The notes beneath the pieces are model-generated. The model saw nothing but the letters and a program-made list of their open reading frames with translations, was not told the origin of the DNA and ran no database searches. The position numbers and the translations under genes are program-made. A stretch of 63,731 bases of DNA from a virus (Duplodnaviria > Caudoviricetes). The stretch spans positions 1 through 63,731 of IMG/VR virus record IMGVR_UViG_3300033145_001147. The stretch is one strand, 5' to 3'. Positions 1 to 9,486 of the stretch are shown one piece after another. Numbering within the stretch: position 1 is the first letter of the stretch; every line of letters begins with the position of its first letter.

Positions 1-133
1 CGGAGCGACTTTGAATGATGTCAATTTTGAAACGCACGAAGTGGAAATGGATTGTCCCGAGGAAAATAAGACCGCTGTCGCTATTGAGGTGGCGGAACTT
101 TTACAGAATGTTTTAGAATGAAAGGAGGATAAA

Positions 134-334
134 ATGCAAGGGCATTTTTTCTTACAGGATATGGTTGATGCTTGCGTGGATTATTTGAGGAATATGTCCC
201 CAAAAAATGAAGCCAAGGCATTAAACTGTTATCTTGTGGCAGAGGAACATGGTTATTCTCGCGGGCAATTAGACAATGCTTGTAAAACTGTGGAAAATCT
301 TTTGTATAGAAATCTCAACAAAATCCGACTTTGA
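134..334 (+). CDS. hypothetical protein
   Basis: 66-aa ORF preceded by a strong SD (AAGGAGG); locally higher GC than the rest of the window. Confidence 0.7.
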   Translation: MQGHFFLQDMVDACVDYLRNMSPKNEAKALNCYLVAEEHGYSRGQLDNACKTVENLLYRNLNKIRL

Positions 335-350
335 TTAGCGTCAGAGCGGT

Positions 351-384
351 GGAGACAAACAAATGTTGCTTTGTCTCCTTTTTT
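351..384 (+). terminator. intrinsic terminator
   Basis: GGAGACAA/TTGTCTCC stem followed by a T run. Confidence 0.75.
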
Positions 385-415
385 ATAAATCAATAATTAA
401 AATAATGTTAAAAAG

Positions 416-460
416 TTATCCACACTTCTACTTGTAAAACAATTAAAACTATTATAACAT
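416..460 (+). promoter_or_regulatory. DnaA box plus sigma70-type promoter
   Basis: TTATCCACA 416-424, TTGTAA 432-437, 17 nt, TAACAT 455-460. Confidence 0.6.
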
Positions 461-496
461 AATAATAAGAATTAAAAATTAATTAACAATAAAAAT

Positions 497-679
497 ATGA
501 ATTATCCAAAAAGTGAAACAACATTAAAAAAACATAATTATATTTACAAAGGGATACAATACAAAAATGATTTAGGTTCTCCTTGTGAGTATAGAGTTAT
601 AAAAGAAGGAAAAGATACTGGTAGAATAATAAAATATTATAAAAATTCTTTTTTAACAGAATATAATCTAATTAAATAA
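497..679 (+). CDS. hypothetical protein
   Basis: ORF downstream of promoter, tightly packed with the next gene. Confidence 0.6.
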   Translation: MNYPKSETTLKKHNYIYKGIQYKNDLGSPCEYRVIKEGKDTGRIIKYYKNSFLTEYNLIK

Positions 680-680
680 T

Positions 681-887
681 ATGAAAAGTTTTTTAAGAGT
701 AAAATGTGAAAAATGTGGAACTAAATTTTGGAGAAATTTCGGAGCTTTTAAGAATGGAATTTTAGATAATAGAGCTGGAATTTGTTGTGTTCCAAAATGT
801 GAAGGACAACTTATTGAATTTATGGATACAAATGAGGATTATTATATTCAAAAGAAATTAAATAAAGGAATAAATATATTTGGATAA
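681..887 (+). CDS. small Cys-rich (zinc ribbon-like) protein
   Basis: CEKC and CCVPKC motifs. Confidence 0.6.
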   Translation: MKSFLRVKCEKCGTKFWRNFGAFKNGILDNRAGICCVPKCEGQLIEFMDTNEDYYIQKKLNKGINIFG

Positions 888-1320
888 TAAAAATATTATG
901 AAAATAGAAAACCAAGTCTGCTCATTAGAGTTAGCAAAAAAATTAAAAGAGTTAGGAGTTAAACAAAATAGTTTGTTTTATTGGGAAACAGGAGCAATAA
1001 AACCAAAAGTGAGATTAAGTGTAGTAACTGAAATTGAATTTAAGTTAGAATCAACTCAAAAATATGATACATCAGATTGTCGTTTTTTATGTTCAGCTTT
1101 CACAGTAGCAGAATTAGGAGAGATGTTGCCTAAGAGCATCAAATATGGTGGCAAAAATGTTCCGCTTGAATATAGAGGTAAAAACTGTTTTGGAGAGCAT
1201 TTAGTTGCTTATCATATAAATTTTGAATCTCCAATAGGATTACAATGTGAAAAAACAGAAGCAAATGCAAGAGCAAAAATGCTTATATATTTATTAGAAA
1301 ATGATTTATTAAAATTATGA
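880..1320 (+). CDS. conserved phage hypothetical protein (likely start at ATG 898)
   Basis: QVCSLELAKKLKELG...AFTVAELGEMLP...EANARAKMLIYL, a pattern I recognise from phage hypothetical proteins. Confidence 0.75.
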   Translation: MDNKNIMKIENQVCSLELAKKLKELGVKQNSLFYWETGAIKPKVRLSVVTEIEFKLESTQKYDTSDCRFLCSAFTVAELGEMLPKSIKYGGKNVPLEYRGKNCFGEHLVAYHINFESPIGLQCEKTEANARAKMLIYLLENDLLKL

Positions 1321-1862
1321 AAATAGAATTATATCATGGGACAAGTAAAAAAAATGCAGATTTAATTTTGAAAGAAGGTTTCAAAGATAGGATTAATTCT
1401 AAAGAAAGTAATTGGGAAGATGAAAAAATAAGTCAAAAAGGTTTTGTATATTTAACAACAGCATATCCATTTTTTTATGGAATGAATGCAGGAGAAGAAA
1501 AAGATAGAGAAGCAAGTGTTCTAAAAGTAATAGTTAATACTGATAATTTATATCCTGATGAAGATATTTTAAGGATAGGAGGAATAAAAGGAGATATTGA
1601 TTTAGAAGATTATAAACATCACGGATTAGATTCTTTAGAGAGATTAGGAAATGTTGCAGTAAAACCAAAACATATTGAAAAAATAATAGGAAGAAAAGAT
1701 TTCAATATAGGTAAAATGATTATGTATTCAGACCCTTCAATATCTACACTTAATTATCAAATTATGGGAAAATATTATAGAGATTTGACTAATGATTGGT
1801 GGGAAGGAAAAAAATTAAAACAAATGAATCATATAAATTATTTTGATACAATTAATAATTAA
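1317..1862 (+). CDS. putative ADP-ribosyltransferase-fold protein
   Basis: LYHGTS...ILKEGF...GFVYLTT, typical of HGT-motif ART/PARP-like domains. Confidence 0.6.
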   Translation: MKIELYHGTSKKNADLILKEGFKDRINSKESNWEDEKISQKGFVYLTTAYPFFYGMNAGEEKDREASVLKVIVNTDNLYPDEDILRIGGIKGDIDLEDYKHHGLDSLERLGNVAVKPKHIEKIIGRKDFNIGKMIMYSDPSISTLNYQIMGKYYRDLTNDWWEGKKLKQMNHINYFDTINN

Positions 1863-1873
1863 TTAAAAAAATT

Positions 1874-2053
1874 ATGCAATTAACAAAAGAACAAGTAAAT
1901 AAAAAATATAAAGGTCGTTATATTGAATTTACAAAGATTAAAGATTTTAATAATGATATTGATTTATATGAGGTAGGAAAAACATATAAAGAAATACATG
2001 AAAATACAACATTAGGAGAAGATGTCGGAACTCCTTTAGAATATACAAGATAA
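1874..2053 (+). CDS. hypothetical protein (59 aa, below ORF-track cutoff)
   Basis: ATG 1874 to TAA 2053 fills the intergenic gap. Confidence 0.55.
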   Translation: MQLTKEQVNKKYKGRYIEFTKIKDFNNDIDLYEVGKTYKEIHENTTLGEDVGTPLEYTR

Positions 2054-2090
2054 TAATTAATTAAAAATATCATGAAAATAGAAAAAACAT

Positions 2091-2438
2091 ATGAGGAAGA
2101 AACTTATTTATCTAAAACAAGGGCAAGTGGGAATAATCCCAGGTAGTCAAGGCACAGCATCATATATTGTGGAAGGACTTGGTAATAAAGAAAGTTTTGA
2201 AAGTTGTTCACATGGAGCAGGGAGAGTAATGGGAAGAAAACAAGCAATTAAAACTTTAGATTTAAAAAAGGAAATCAAATTATTAGATGACCAAAATATA
2301 ATTCACGGAATAAGAAATCAAAATGATTTAGAAGAAGCTACAAGTTGTTATAAAGATATTAAAACTGTAATAGAAAACCAAAAAGATTTAGTGAAAGTGT
2401 TAGTAGAACTAAAACCGCTTGGTGTTATAAAAGCTTGA
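2091..2438 (+). pseudogene. rtcB: C-terminal fragment of RtcB RNA ligase
   Basis: IIPGSQG, SCSHGAGRVMGR, YKDI and LKPLGVIKA are RtcB C-terminal motifs; the N-terminal two-thirds are absent. Confidence 0.8.
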
Positions 2439-2483
2439 TAATTAAAGGTTAATATATTTATTAGAATTTATTAAAACAAAATT

Positions 2484-2704
2484 ATGAAAAAATATAAATT
2501 GGAGTGGTAGAACTTATCCAAACAGAAACTTTTGTAGTTGATGTTAAAGCAAAAAGTGAAGAAGAAGCAATTAATCTTGCAAGTGAAAAATTTGCAGATA
2601 TAAAAGAAAAAGGAATGGAACATTATAATCAAGTCGGAGATTTAATGATTGATGTTGGAACAGTTTATGATGTTACTAATACAGATGACCCATTTGATGA
2701 ATAA
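2484..2704 (+). pseudogene. small phage protein (DpnD/PcfM-like) frameshifted near the start
   Basis: ATG 2484 frame (MKKYK) joins the VELIQTETFVVDVKAKSEEEA frame if 2499-2506 is removed. Confidence 0.55.
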
Positions 2705-2708
2705 AATT

Positions 2709-3200
2709 ATGTATAAACAAAAAACATTTACAATTAGAGATATAGTTAAATTAACAGAATGGAAAGATGTTAAAAAAGCTTATCTTTATTATTATGGGAA
2801 AAGAGGTCTAAAAGGTTTAGAGGAAATTTTTGAATTGATTAAAACTTTTAGAAAACAAAAACCAAAAGAAAAGAATGAATTTATAGAAGTTATAGTTGGA
2901 GGTTTTCCTGGATATGAACCTGAAGAAGATAGAGGTTATGGTATTCATACAACTAAATATTCTTTATCATTTAGAAAATGGAGAGAATTAGCAAATATTC
3001 CTATTGAAAAAGAAACAATTAGAAGATATAAATTTCATGAAATTATTTGTCATTTTCTTTACGAGATTACTTTTTATGGATATGACGAAAAGGAAATAGG
3101 AAAAAAAGGAAAAGAGATTTTTGGAAGATATAAAGAGGCTGTAAAAGACATAAAATCTAATAAAAAGAAGAAACAAATCATATCTAATATATGGCTCTAA
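2709..3200 (+). CDS. hypothetical protein
   Basis: ORF, likely start ATG 2709 after the upstream stop. Confidence 0.7.
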   Translation: MYKQKTFTIRDIVKLTEWKDVKKAYLYYYGKRGLKGLEEIFELIKTFRKQKPKEKNEFIEVIVGGFPGYEPEEDRGYGIHTTKYSLSFRKWRELANIPIEKETIRRYKFHEIICHFLYEITFYGYDEKEIGKKGKEIFGRYKEAVKDIKSNKKKKQIISNIWL

Positions 3201-3276
3201 ATAAAGATATTTTGACCCTTAAAATCAAGTTCTGACAGGTTTTATTAACAAAGTGGATATAATATACCTATAAATT

Positions 3277-3633
3277 ATGAAAAAATTAGTAATTGCATTT
3301 GACACAGACGATTGCCTTATCATTCCAGCTATTGCAACTGGATTTGACAGAGATGTTCCAAATTATGAAACAATTGCTATATATCGTTGGTTTCAAGCCC
3401 AAGGAAATCATATGATTATTTGGAGTGGAGGTGGAAAAGATTATGCAAAAATGTGGGCAGAAAAATTAGGGTTAGAAGCTAATGAAATTATGGCAAAAGA
3501 TACTCGTATGAAAGATAAGATTGATATTGCATTTGATGATTCAGATATGGAACTGGCAAAAATAAATGTAAAAGTAAAAAGATTAAATAATAAAATTATT
3601 CGTTATCCTGAAAAATTAAATAGAAAAAATTGA
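3277..3633 (+). CDS. HAD-superfamily phosphatase-like protein
   Basis: IAFDTDD motif I, IIWSGGG motif II, IAFDD motif IV. Confidence 0.7.
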   Translation: MKKLVIAFDTDDCLIIPAIATGFDRDVPNYETIAIYRWFQAQGNHMIIWSGGGKDYAKMWAEKLGLEANEIMAKDTRMKDKIDIAFDDSDMELAKINVKVKRLNNKIIRYPEKLNRKN

Positions 3634-3654
3634 AAATAATTAAAAAAATAAGAT

Positions 3655-5484
3655 ATGTATAAACTTCGTGATTATCAAACAGAAGCAGTAATAAAAGGAT
3701 TGGAAATTTTTAATTCTACAAAAATTAAGAAAGAGATTGTTGTTCTTCCTACAGGCAGTGGAAAAAGCTTAATTATTGCTTCTATAGCTAAAGAATTAAA
3801 AGGAACTACTATTATATTTCAACCCAGCAAAGAAATTTTAGAACAAAATTTACAAAAGATGTATGATTTTGGGTTTACTGATGTTGAAGTTTTTTCAGCG
3901 TCAATGGGTAAAAAAAATATTGGGAAAATTACTTTTGCTACAATAGGAAGTATTTATAACAAAAAGGAATGTTGGGGATATTTTGATAATATTCTTATAG
4001 ATGAATGTTTTATTTCTGGAACAAAAATTAATGTTCCTAATGGATATAAAAATATTGAAAAATTAAAAATTGGAGATAAAGTGATTTCTGCTTTTGGGAT
4101 AGATAAGGTGATAAGTGTCAGTAAAAGAACAAGTAAAATAATTTATAAATTAAAAACATCAGATGGAAAAGAAACATTTGTTACACCAAACCATAAGATT
4201 TTTACAGATAAAGGATGGACATTTGTTAAAGACCTTATAGTTGGAGATTGTTGGTTACATCTTAAAAATGACAGCAATAGAAATAGATGGAACAAGTTAT
4301 TGTTCTTTAATAGTTCAAGCAAAAGACAAAAAGAAAACAGAGTTACTAGAAAAATTAGGGTAGAAAGTATTGAGATTCAAAAACAAGGAAGTTATGAAGT
4401 CTATAACATCGGTGTCAAAAATCACCCGAGCTATTTTGTAGAAGATAAATTAGTTCATAATTGCCATTTAGTTAATGCAAAAGGTGGAATGTATAAAGAA
4501 TTTATAAAAGTTAATGGTGGCAGTGTTATGGGTTTAACAGCTACTCCTTATAGATTACATTCTTATAATGATATGTTTACAAACGAGCAAGTTGTTGTTG
4601 CTAAATTACTTACAAGAACAAGTCCTAAAATTTTCAGTAAAATAATTCATGTTACTCAAGTAAAGAAATTATATGAAGACAAATTTTTATGTCCTGCTGA
4701 ATATATAATTAATGATAAGTATAAACACAATGAAATTAAACTAAATTCAACAGGTAGAGATTTTAATGAAAATGCTTTAAAAACATATAATAAAGAAAAA
4801 GGTGTTATTGATATGGTAGCAAATACTATTACAGAAAATAATTCAAAACATATTTTAGTTTTTAATATTTTTGTATCAGAAGCAGAAGAATTAAGTTGCA
4901 AACTAAAACAAAAAGGAATTACAGCTGAAACTGTTTCAGCCCAAACAAAAAAGAAAGATAGAGATAGAATATTAAAAGATTTTAAATCTGGAAAAATTAA
5001 AGTAGTAACCAACGTTGGTGTATTGACAATAGGTTTTGATTTTCCTGCCTTAGATTGTATTGTATTGGCTAGACCTACTCAATCAGTTGCACTTTTTTAC
5101 CAAATGGTTGGACGCGGGACAAGAATTAACAAAGGGAAACCAAATGTTAAAGTTATTGATATCTGTGGTAATGTGAATCGTTTTGGAAGAATAGAAACAT
5201 TTGAAATTGTTTATACTGGAACAAATAAATTATTAAGATTAAGAAGTGAAGTAGGTTATTTAACAGGTTATGATTTTGTAAATAATAGAGATGTGGAAAA
5301 AAGTAATTATGCTGGGTTGAAAGAATCAGAAGGTTGGAATAAGGATATTATTAGATTTGGAAAATACAAAGGCACACATATTAAAAAAATTCCTACTGAT
5401 TATCTTCAATGGTGTTCAGAAAATTTCAAAGAAGGTAAATATAAAGATATGTTTGAAAAAGAATTACAAACAAGAACAAAATAA
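3655..5484 (+). CDS. SF2 DEAD/DEAH-box helicase (RadD/UvsW-like) with mini-intein
   Basis: LRDYQ, PTGSGKS, DE-CH split by intein, TATP, QMVGRGTR; C-terminal FGKYKG domain. Confidence 0.92.
   Translation: MYKLRDYQTEAVIKGLEIFNSTKIKKEIVVLPTGSGKSLIIASIAKELKGTTIIFQPSKEILEQNLQKMYDFGFTDVEVFSASMGKKNIGKITFATIGSIYNKKECWGYFDNILIDECFISGTKINVPNGYKNIEKLKIGDKVISAFGIDKVISVSKRTSKIIYKLKTSDGKETFVTPNHKIFTDKGWTFVKDLIVGDCWLHLKNDSNRNRWNKLLFFNSSSKRQKENRVTRKIRVESIEIQKQGSYEVYNIGVKNHPSYFVEDKLVHNCHLVNAKGGMYKEFIKVNGGSVMGLTATPYRLHSYNDMFTNEQVVVAKLLTRTSPKIFSKIIHVTQVKKLYEDKFLCPAEYIINDKYKHNEIKLNSTGRDFNENALKTYNKEKGVIDMVANTITENNSKHILVFNIFVSEAEELSCKLKQKGITAETVSAQTKKKDRDRILKDFKSGKIKVVTNVGVLTIGFDFPALDCIVLARPTQSVALFYQMVGRGTRINKGKPNVKVIDICGNVNRFGRIETFEIVYTGTNKLLRLRSEVGYLTGYDFVNNRDVEKSNYAGLKESEGWNKDIIRFGKYKGTHIKKIPTDYLQWCSENFKEGKYKDMFEKELQTRTK
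4006..4461 (+). mobile_element. mini-intein (152 aa, no endonuclease) in helicase motif II
   Basis: starts CFISGTKI, has TPNH block B, ends LVHN followed by Cys; removal restores DECH. Confidence 0.92.
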
Positions 5485-5494
5485 TTAATAAAAG

Positions 5495-5540
5495 TTATCC
5501 ACACTTTTTACTTGATTATAAAACCATTATAACATATAAT
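5495..5540 (+). promoter_or_regulatory. DnaA box plus sigma70-type promoter
   Basis: TTATCCACA 5495-5503, TTGATT-17-TATAAT 5512-5540. Confidence 0.75.
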
Positions 5541-5975
5541 ATGAATATAAAAGTAATAATAAAATTATTAATAAATAACAATCAAGTAAAAATCATGACT
5601 AATATAAAAATTAAAAGATATTGTAATCATTGCGGGACAAAAATACCAATTGATTCTGAAGTTAATTTTTGTAATATTTGTGTTGAATTAAGACATTGTA
5701 AAGGATGTTCAATTTTACTTAGAGATAAAAAAACTGTAAATAAATTAATAAAAAATTGTCCAAATTATAAATTTAAATCTAATATTTCTCCTGTAGATGA
5801 AAGATTTTGTATAGATTGTTACTCCGAATTTAGACTTCGTAAAAAAATTAAAACAAATTGTTTTTGTGGAAATATAGTTACAGAAGATATTGATAAATTA
5901 GATTATTTTATAAAAAATGGAAATTTTTGTGAACAATGTTTAGAACGAGTTAGAAATAATTTAAAAAGTCAATAA
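5541..5975 (+). CDS. multi-CxxC zinc-binding protein
   Basis: several CxxC pairs; start may be downstream. Confidence 0.65.
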   Translation: MNIKVIIKLLINNNQVKIMTNIKIKRYCNHCGTKIPIDSEVNFCNICVELRHCKGCSILLRDKKTVNKLIKNCPNYKFKSNISPVDERFCIDCYSEFRLRKKIKTNCFCGNIVTEDIDKLDYFIKNGNFCEQCLERVRNNLKSQ

Positions 5976-5990
5976 TTAATTAAAAATAAT

Positions 5991-6305
5991 ATGAAATTAC
6001 TTACAAAAGAGATATTAGAAAGATTTAAAAAAATTGGAAATCAAAAAGATAAACAACTTGAAGATTTAGAAATTGTTGTAAAATTCTTTAATCCTTCTGG
6101 AATAGGAACTTGGTATGCAACTTATTATAATTCAGAAACAAAAATATTTAGTGGGTGGGTAAGTTTATTTAATGACCATAATGATGAATATGGAGATTTT
6201 AGTTTGAAAGAATTAGAAGAATTTAAAGGAGCTTTTGGTTTAGGAATTGAAAGAGATTTGTATTTTGGGAAAGGTCGAACATTGAAAGAAGTAATGAATA
6301 AATAA
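5991..6305 (+). CDS. DUF2958-like protein
   Basis: VVKFFNP..GTWY...EYGDFSLKEL...IERDLYF. Confidence 0.75.
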   Translation: MKLLTKEILERFKKIGNQKDKQLEDLEIVVKFFNPSGIGTWYATYYNSETKIFSGWVSLFNDHNDEYGDFSLKELEEFKGAFGLGIERDLYFGKGRTLKEVMNK

Positions 6306-6306
6306 T

Positions 6307-6720
6307 ATGAAAATAAAAAATATTAATAATTTAGAAAAACCAGAAAGAGAAGCTATTGAAATGAAATATTTAGGGAATTCTATCAGTAGAATATCTAATA
6401 AATTAAGTAAGTCTTTTGATACTGTGAATGGTTGGTTTAAGAATGGAGGAAAATTATTTGATATTTATAATGAATATAAAAAAGAAAGAAATAAAAAAGA
6501 TTATAAAAATGTTGAAATAAAAACTTGGTATATAACAGCTTTTGCTTATGAAGAAAATGGGGATAAACGATATAATGGAACTCAATTTAGTAGCGAAAAA
6601 AGAGGTGAAGATTTAATAATAGAAATTAAAAAACATCTTTCCAAAATATTCTTTGAACAAGAAATTTTTACAGAAAATGGAAACAGAATGTGTATTATTA
6701 ATTTAACAGATATAACTTAA
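6307..6720 (+). CDS. HTH protein paralogous to the N-terminus of the terminase small subunit
   Basis: AIEMKYLGNS...FDTVNGWFKNGGKL versus AIELKYLGNS...FDTVNGWFRTGGKL in ORF 36446. Confidence 0.75.
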   Translation: MKIKNINNLEKPEREAIEMKYLGNSISRISNKLSKSFDTVNGWFKNGGKLFDIYNEYKKERNKKDYKNVEIKTWYITAFAYEENGDKRYNGTQFSSEKRGEDLIIEIKKHLSKIFFEQEIFTENGNRMCIINLTDIT

Positions 6721-6846
6721 ATGGCAAAAAAGAAAAAGAAAAACAAAACAAAACAAAGAAGAAAAAGAGATAAAAAGTCAAAAATAGATAAAAAAATAAA
6801 AACAAATAATAAGAAAAAAGACGATTTTGAACGATTTATAGTATAG
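6721..6846 (+). CDS. 41-aa highly basic peptide
   Basis: ATG directly after the upstream stop; Lys/Arg-rich. Confidence 0.4.
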   Translation: MAKKKKKNKTKQRRKRDKKSKIDKKIKTNNKKKDDFERFIV

Positions 6847-6850
6847 TGTA

Positions 6851-7062
6851 ATATATGTTGAAAATAAAGGATATTTAATATAAGATTCTTTATATATGTT
6901 GAAAAATAAGGATATTCAATATAAGGTTCATTGAAAAAGAGATATAAGCGAAAATTTAGAGTTTATATTGAGTATAAGCAAAATTTATATTGAATATAAA
7001 AAATCATAAAAGTTTATAATTATTAGAAAAATGTTTATATATGTTGAAGAATAAGGGTATTT
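6851..7062. repeat. iteron-like direct repeats in an AT-rich non-coding gap
   Basis: ATATATGTTGAA.A..AAGG at 6851, 6892 and 7037; TTTATATTGARTATAA twice near 6962 and 6984. Confidence 0.7.
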
Positions 7063-7270
7063 ATGAAATAAGGATAGGGTATCATAGGATATAGATATAC
7101 TACGGTTTATATTATATTATTATTATATTATTTAATTTATATTTAAGTCTTATAAGAAACAATTAAAGATTAAATAAAGAAAATAAAAAAGTTGTTTTCT
7201 TTATCTAGTTATTAATTTAATTAGAGATTGTTCTTTGATAGTTAATCTTTCTTAAAAGGGGGTGGTTAAA

Positions 7271-7378
7271 ATGTTGAAAGTGAACGAAATTTTTGGACCA
7301 GTTCAACAAGGGGAAGGAAAATCTATAGGTAAAGAGGTAATGTTTCTCCGTTTGGCTGGTTGCAATTTCCATTGTGTT
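7271..7378 (+). CDS. queE: QueE (7-carboxy-7-deazaguanine synthase) exon 1
   Basis: MLKVNEIFGPVQQGEG...FLRLAGCNFHCV; not in the ORF track. Confidence 0.9.
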
Positions 7379-8345
7379 TAACATACTGGACTCAATGGTT
7401 CTAGCATTATTCGTAAATTTTAACAATTAAATAATCATATCTTTTTAGGGCTTGTTAATCAATGCAAATTACAATATAATAAACATATGGTAATTTGTAA
7501 AATTTGTAATCAGAAATATCATTACATAAATAATACTCATTTGAAGAAACATAATCTTACTATGAAAGAGTATATTAATTTATATGGTAATGATATTAAA
7601 AGTTCTGAATATAAGAAAAAAGCATATAAAAATCATTCTACAACAATGAGTAGATTGCGACTTAATGGTATTGTAAAACCGAAACCAATGTCGTTGATTC
7701 GGCGTAAACAAACTTCACAGAGGATGAAGTTAAATAACCCAATGAAAAATCCTGAAACTGCTAAGAAAGTTTCTCAAAAATTGAAAGGAAGAAAATCGTA
7801 TGATAGAACAATTGAACATAGATTATTACAAAGTAAACAAAAAATTGGGAAGTTAAATCCTAGATGGGTAGAAGGTATTAAGCCAAATCGGGGGTGGGGT
7901 TTTTATAAGATATGGAAACCTTATAGAAATAAAGCATTGGAACGAGATAAAAATAGGTGTGTTGATTGTGGTATGACAAACAAATTTCATTTAGAGACAT
8001 ATGGTAAAAGTTTGCATGTTCATCACATTATCCCGTATCGTATTTCTAAAGATAATTCAATCCGTAATTTAGTTACTTTATGTGTGAATTGTCATATGAA
8101 AAGAGAGCAAAAATTGATTAACAAAAACTAAAGAATATAATTATTTAATTAATGAATAATAGATTGGAAAGAATAAAATCTTCTCTGATTACTTGGAACC
8201 CTAAGTTATATTAAATTATAATAAGGCAACCAGAGGCAAGTTAATTTCAAATGAAATTAGGATAGCCGCAGAGACTAAGCGAGAGGACACTTAAAATAAG
8301 TGATGCGATAGTCCGACACTCTTGGAAACAAGAGACAACAAATTG
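7379..8345 (+). mobile_element. group I intron in queE
   Basis: P1 with U.G at the 5' splice site (exon CCATTGTGTT / GACTCAATGG 7389-7398), core CAGAGACTA and GATAGTCC, terminal G 8345; splicing restores CxxxCxxC. Confidence 0.9.
7487..8131 (+). CDS. intron-encoded HNH homing endonuclease
   Basis: RDKNRCVDC...HVHHI...NLVTLCVNCH; own promoter TTGTTA-17-TATAAT 7452-7480. Confidence 0.9.
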   Translation: MVICKICNQKYHYINNTHLKKHNLTMKEYINLYGNDIKSSEYKKKAYKNHSTTMSRLRLNGIVKPKPMSLIRRKQTSQRMKLNNPMKNPETAKKVSQKLKGRKSYDRTIEHRLLQSKQKIGKLNPRWVEGIKPNRGWGFYKIWKPYRNKALERDKNRCVDCGMTNKFHLETYGKSLHVHHIIPYRISKDNSIRNLVTLCVNCHMKREQKLINKN

Positions 8346-8951
8346 TGGTGTGATACACCTTATACTTGGAATTGGGTTGGAACAAAATTCAAACATCCCA
8401 AAAAGTTTGAAATAGATGATGAGGTTCATAAAATGACTTACAGTGAGGTTATTTTAGAACTTATTCATTTAGATAATCATGTTAAATCTTTGGTTATCTC
8501 TGGCGGAGAACCTCTCCTTCAGCAAAAAAACCTTATTCCTTTATTGGAAGTTTTGAAAAGTGCTGGTTGGTGGATTGAAATTGAAACTAATGGGACGATT
8601 TTACCTTTAGATGAGATTTTTAATCTTACTGACCAATTCAATTGTTCGCCTAAACTTTTCAATTCAGGTAATCCTGAAAAAATGAGGATTAGACCTAAAG
8701 TATTAAGGGCTTTGGCTCAAAACAAAAAATCTACTTTTAAGTTTGTTGTAAGTTGTAAAGATGATATTTCTGAAATATTGGCTATGATAGAAAATTTCAA
8801 TATGAAACAAGTATATCTTATGCCTTTAGGAATGACTCCTGACCAACTTGAACAAACCAGAGAGATAACTAAAAGGTTGTGTGTGCAATATAACCTAAAC
8901 TTCTCTGACAGGCTACATATTGTCAAATATGGAGACAAGAGAGGTGTATAA
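8346..8951 (+). CDS. queE: QueE exon 2
   Basis: WCDT, SGGEPLLQ, IETNG, SPKL and RLH radical-SAM QueE motifs. Confidence 0.9.
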   Translation, partial: WCDTPYTWNWVGTKFKHPKKFEIDDEVHKMTYSEVILELIHLDNHVKSLVISGGEPLLQQKNLIPLLEVLKSAGWWIEIETNGTILPLDEIFNLTDQFNCSPKLFNSGNPEKMRIRPKVLRALAQNKKSTFKFVVSCKDDISEILAMIENFNMKQVYLMPLGMTPDQLEQTREITKRLCVQYNLNFSDRLHIVKYGDKRGV

Positions 8952-8958
8952 TTGTGAG

Positions 8959-8997
8959 GGTGGTTGCTTTTATGGAGCCACCTGAACAATTTTTTTT
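8959..8997 (+). terminator. intrinsic terminator
   Basis: GGTGGTT/AGCCACC stem, then a long T run. Confidence 0.6.
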
Positions 8998-9024
8998 ATT
9001 ATTAAAATTTAATCAAATAAAAAA

Positions 9025-9486
9025 ATGATAACAATAGAAAAAGAGATTGGACTTGACTATGCTCATAGATTACTAAACCATGAATCGTTATGTAGTAATT
9101 TACATGGTCATAGAGCGAGAATTCTTATCGGGATTGAAGGGGAATTAATTACAAAAGGGAGTAGTCAGGATATGGTAATTGATTTTAAAGATTTAAAACA
9201 AATTCTTAATGAAAAAATAATGAGTCAGTTAGACCATACTTGTATTGCTTCAGTTGAAGATAAAATTTTATCAGATTTTTTAATCCAAAATAATCAAAGG
9301 TATTTGATAATTAGAGGAATGCCTACTGCAGAGAATTTAGCAAAATGGTGTTTTGATGAGATTAAAGAAGATATAGAAAAATTAGGTTGTAAGGTTGCTT
9401 ATGTTAAGTTTTATGAAACTCCGACGAGTGAAGCAATTTATACAAAAGAAATGGATAATGAAGAAATCGGTAGATTTGTGAGATAG
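9025..9486 (+). CDS. queD: 6-carboxy-5,6,7,8-tetrahydropterin synthase
   Basis: AHRL, CSNLHGH, MVIDF, LDH, PTAENLA, ETPTS. Confidence 0.92.
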   Translation: MITIEKEIGLDYAHRLLNHESLCSNLHGHRARILIGIEGELITKGSSQDMVIDFKDLKQILNEKIMSQLDHTCIASVEDKILSDFLIQNNQRYLIIRGMPTAENLAKWCFDEIKEDIEKLGCKVAYVKFYETPTSEAIYTKEMDNEEIGRFVR

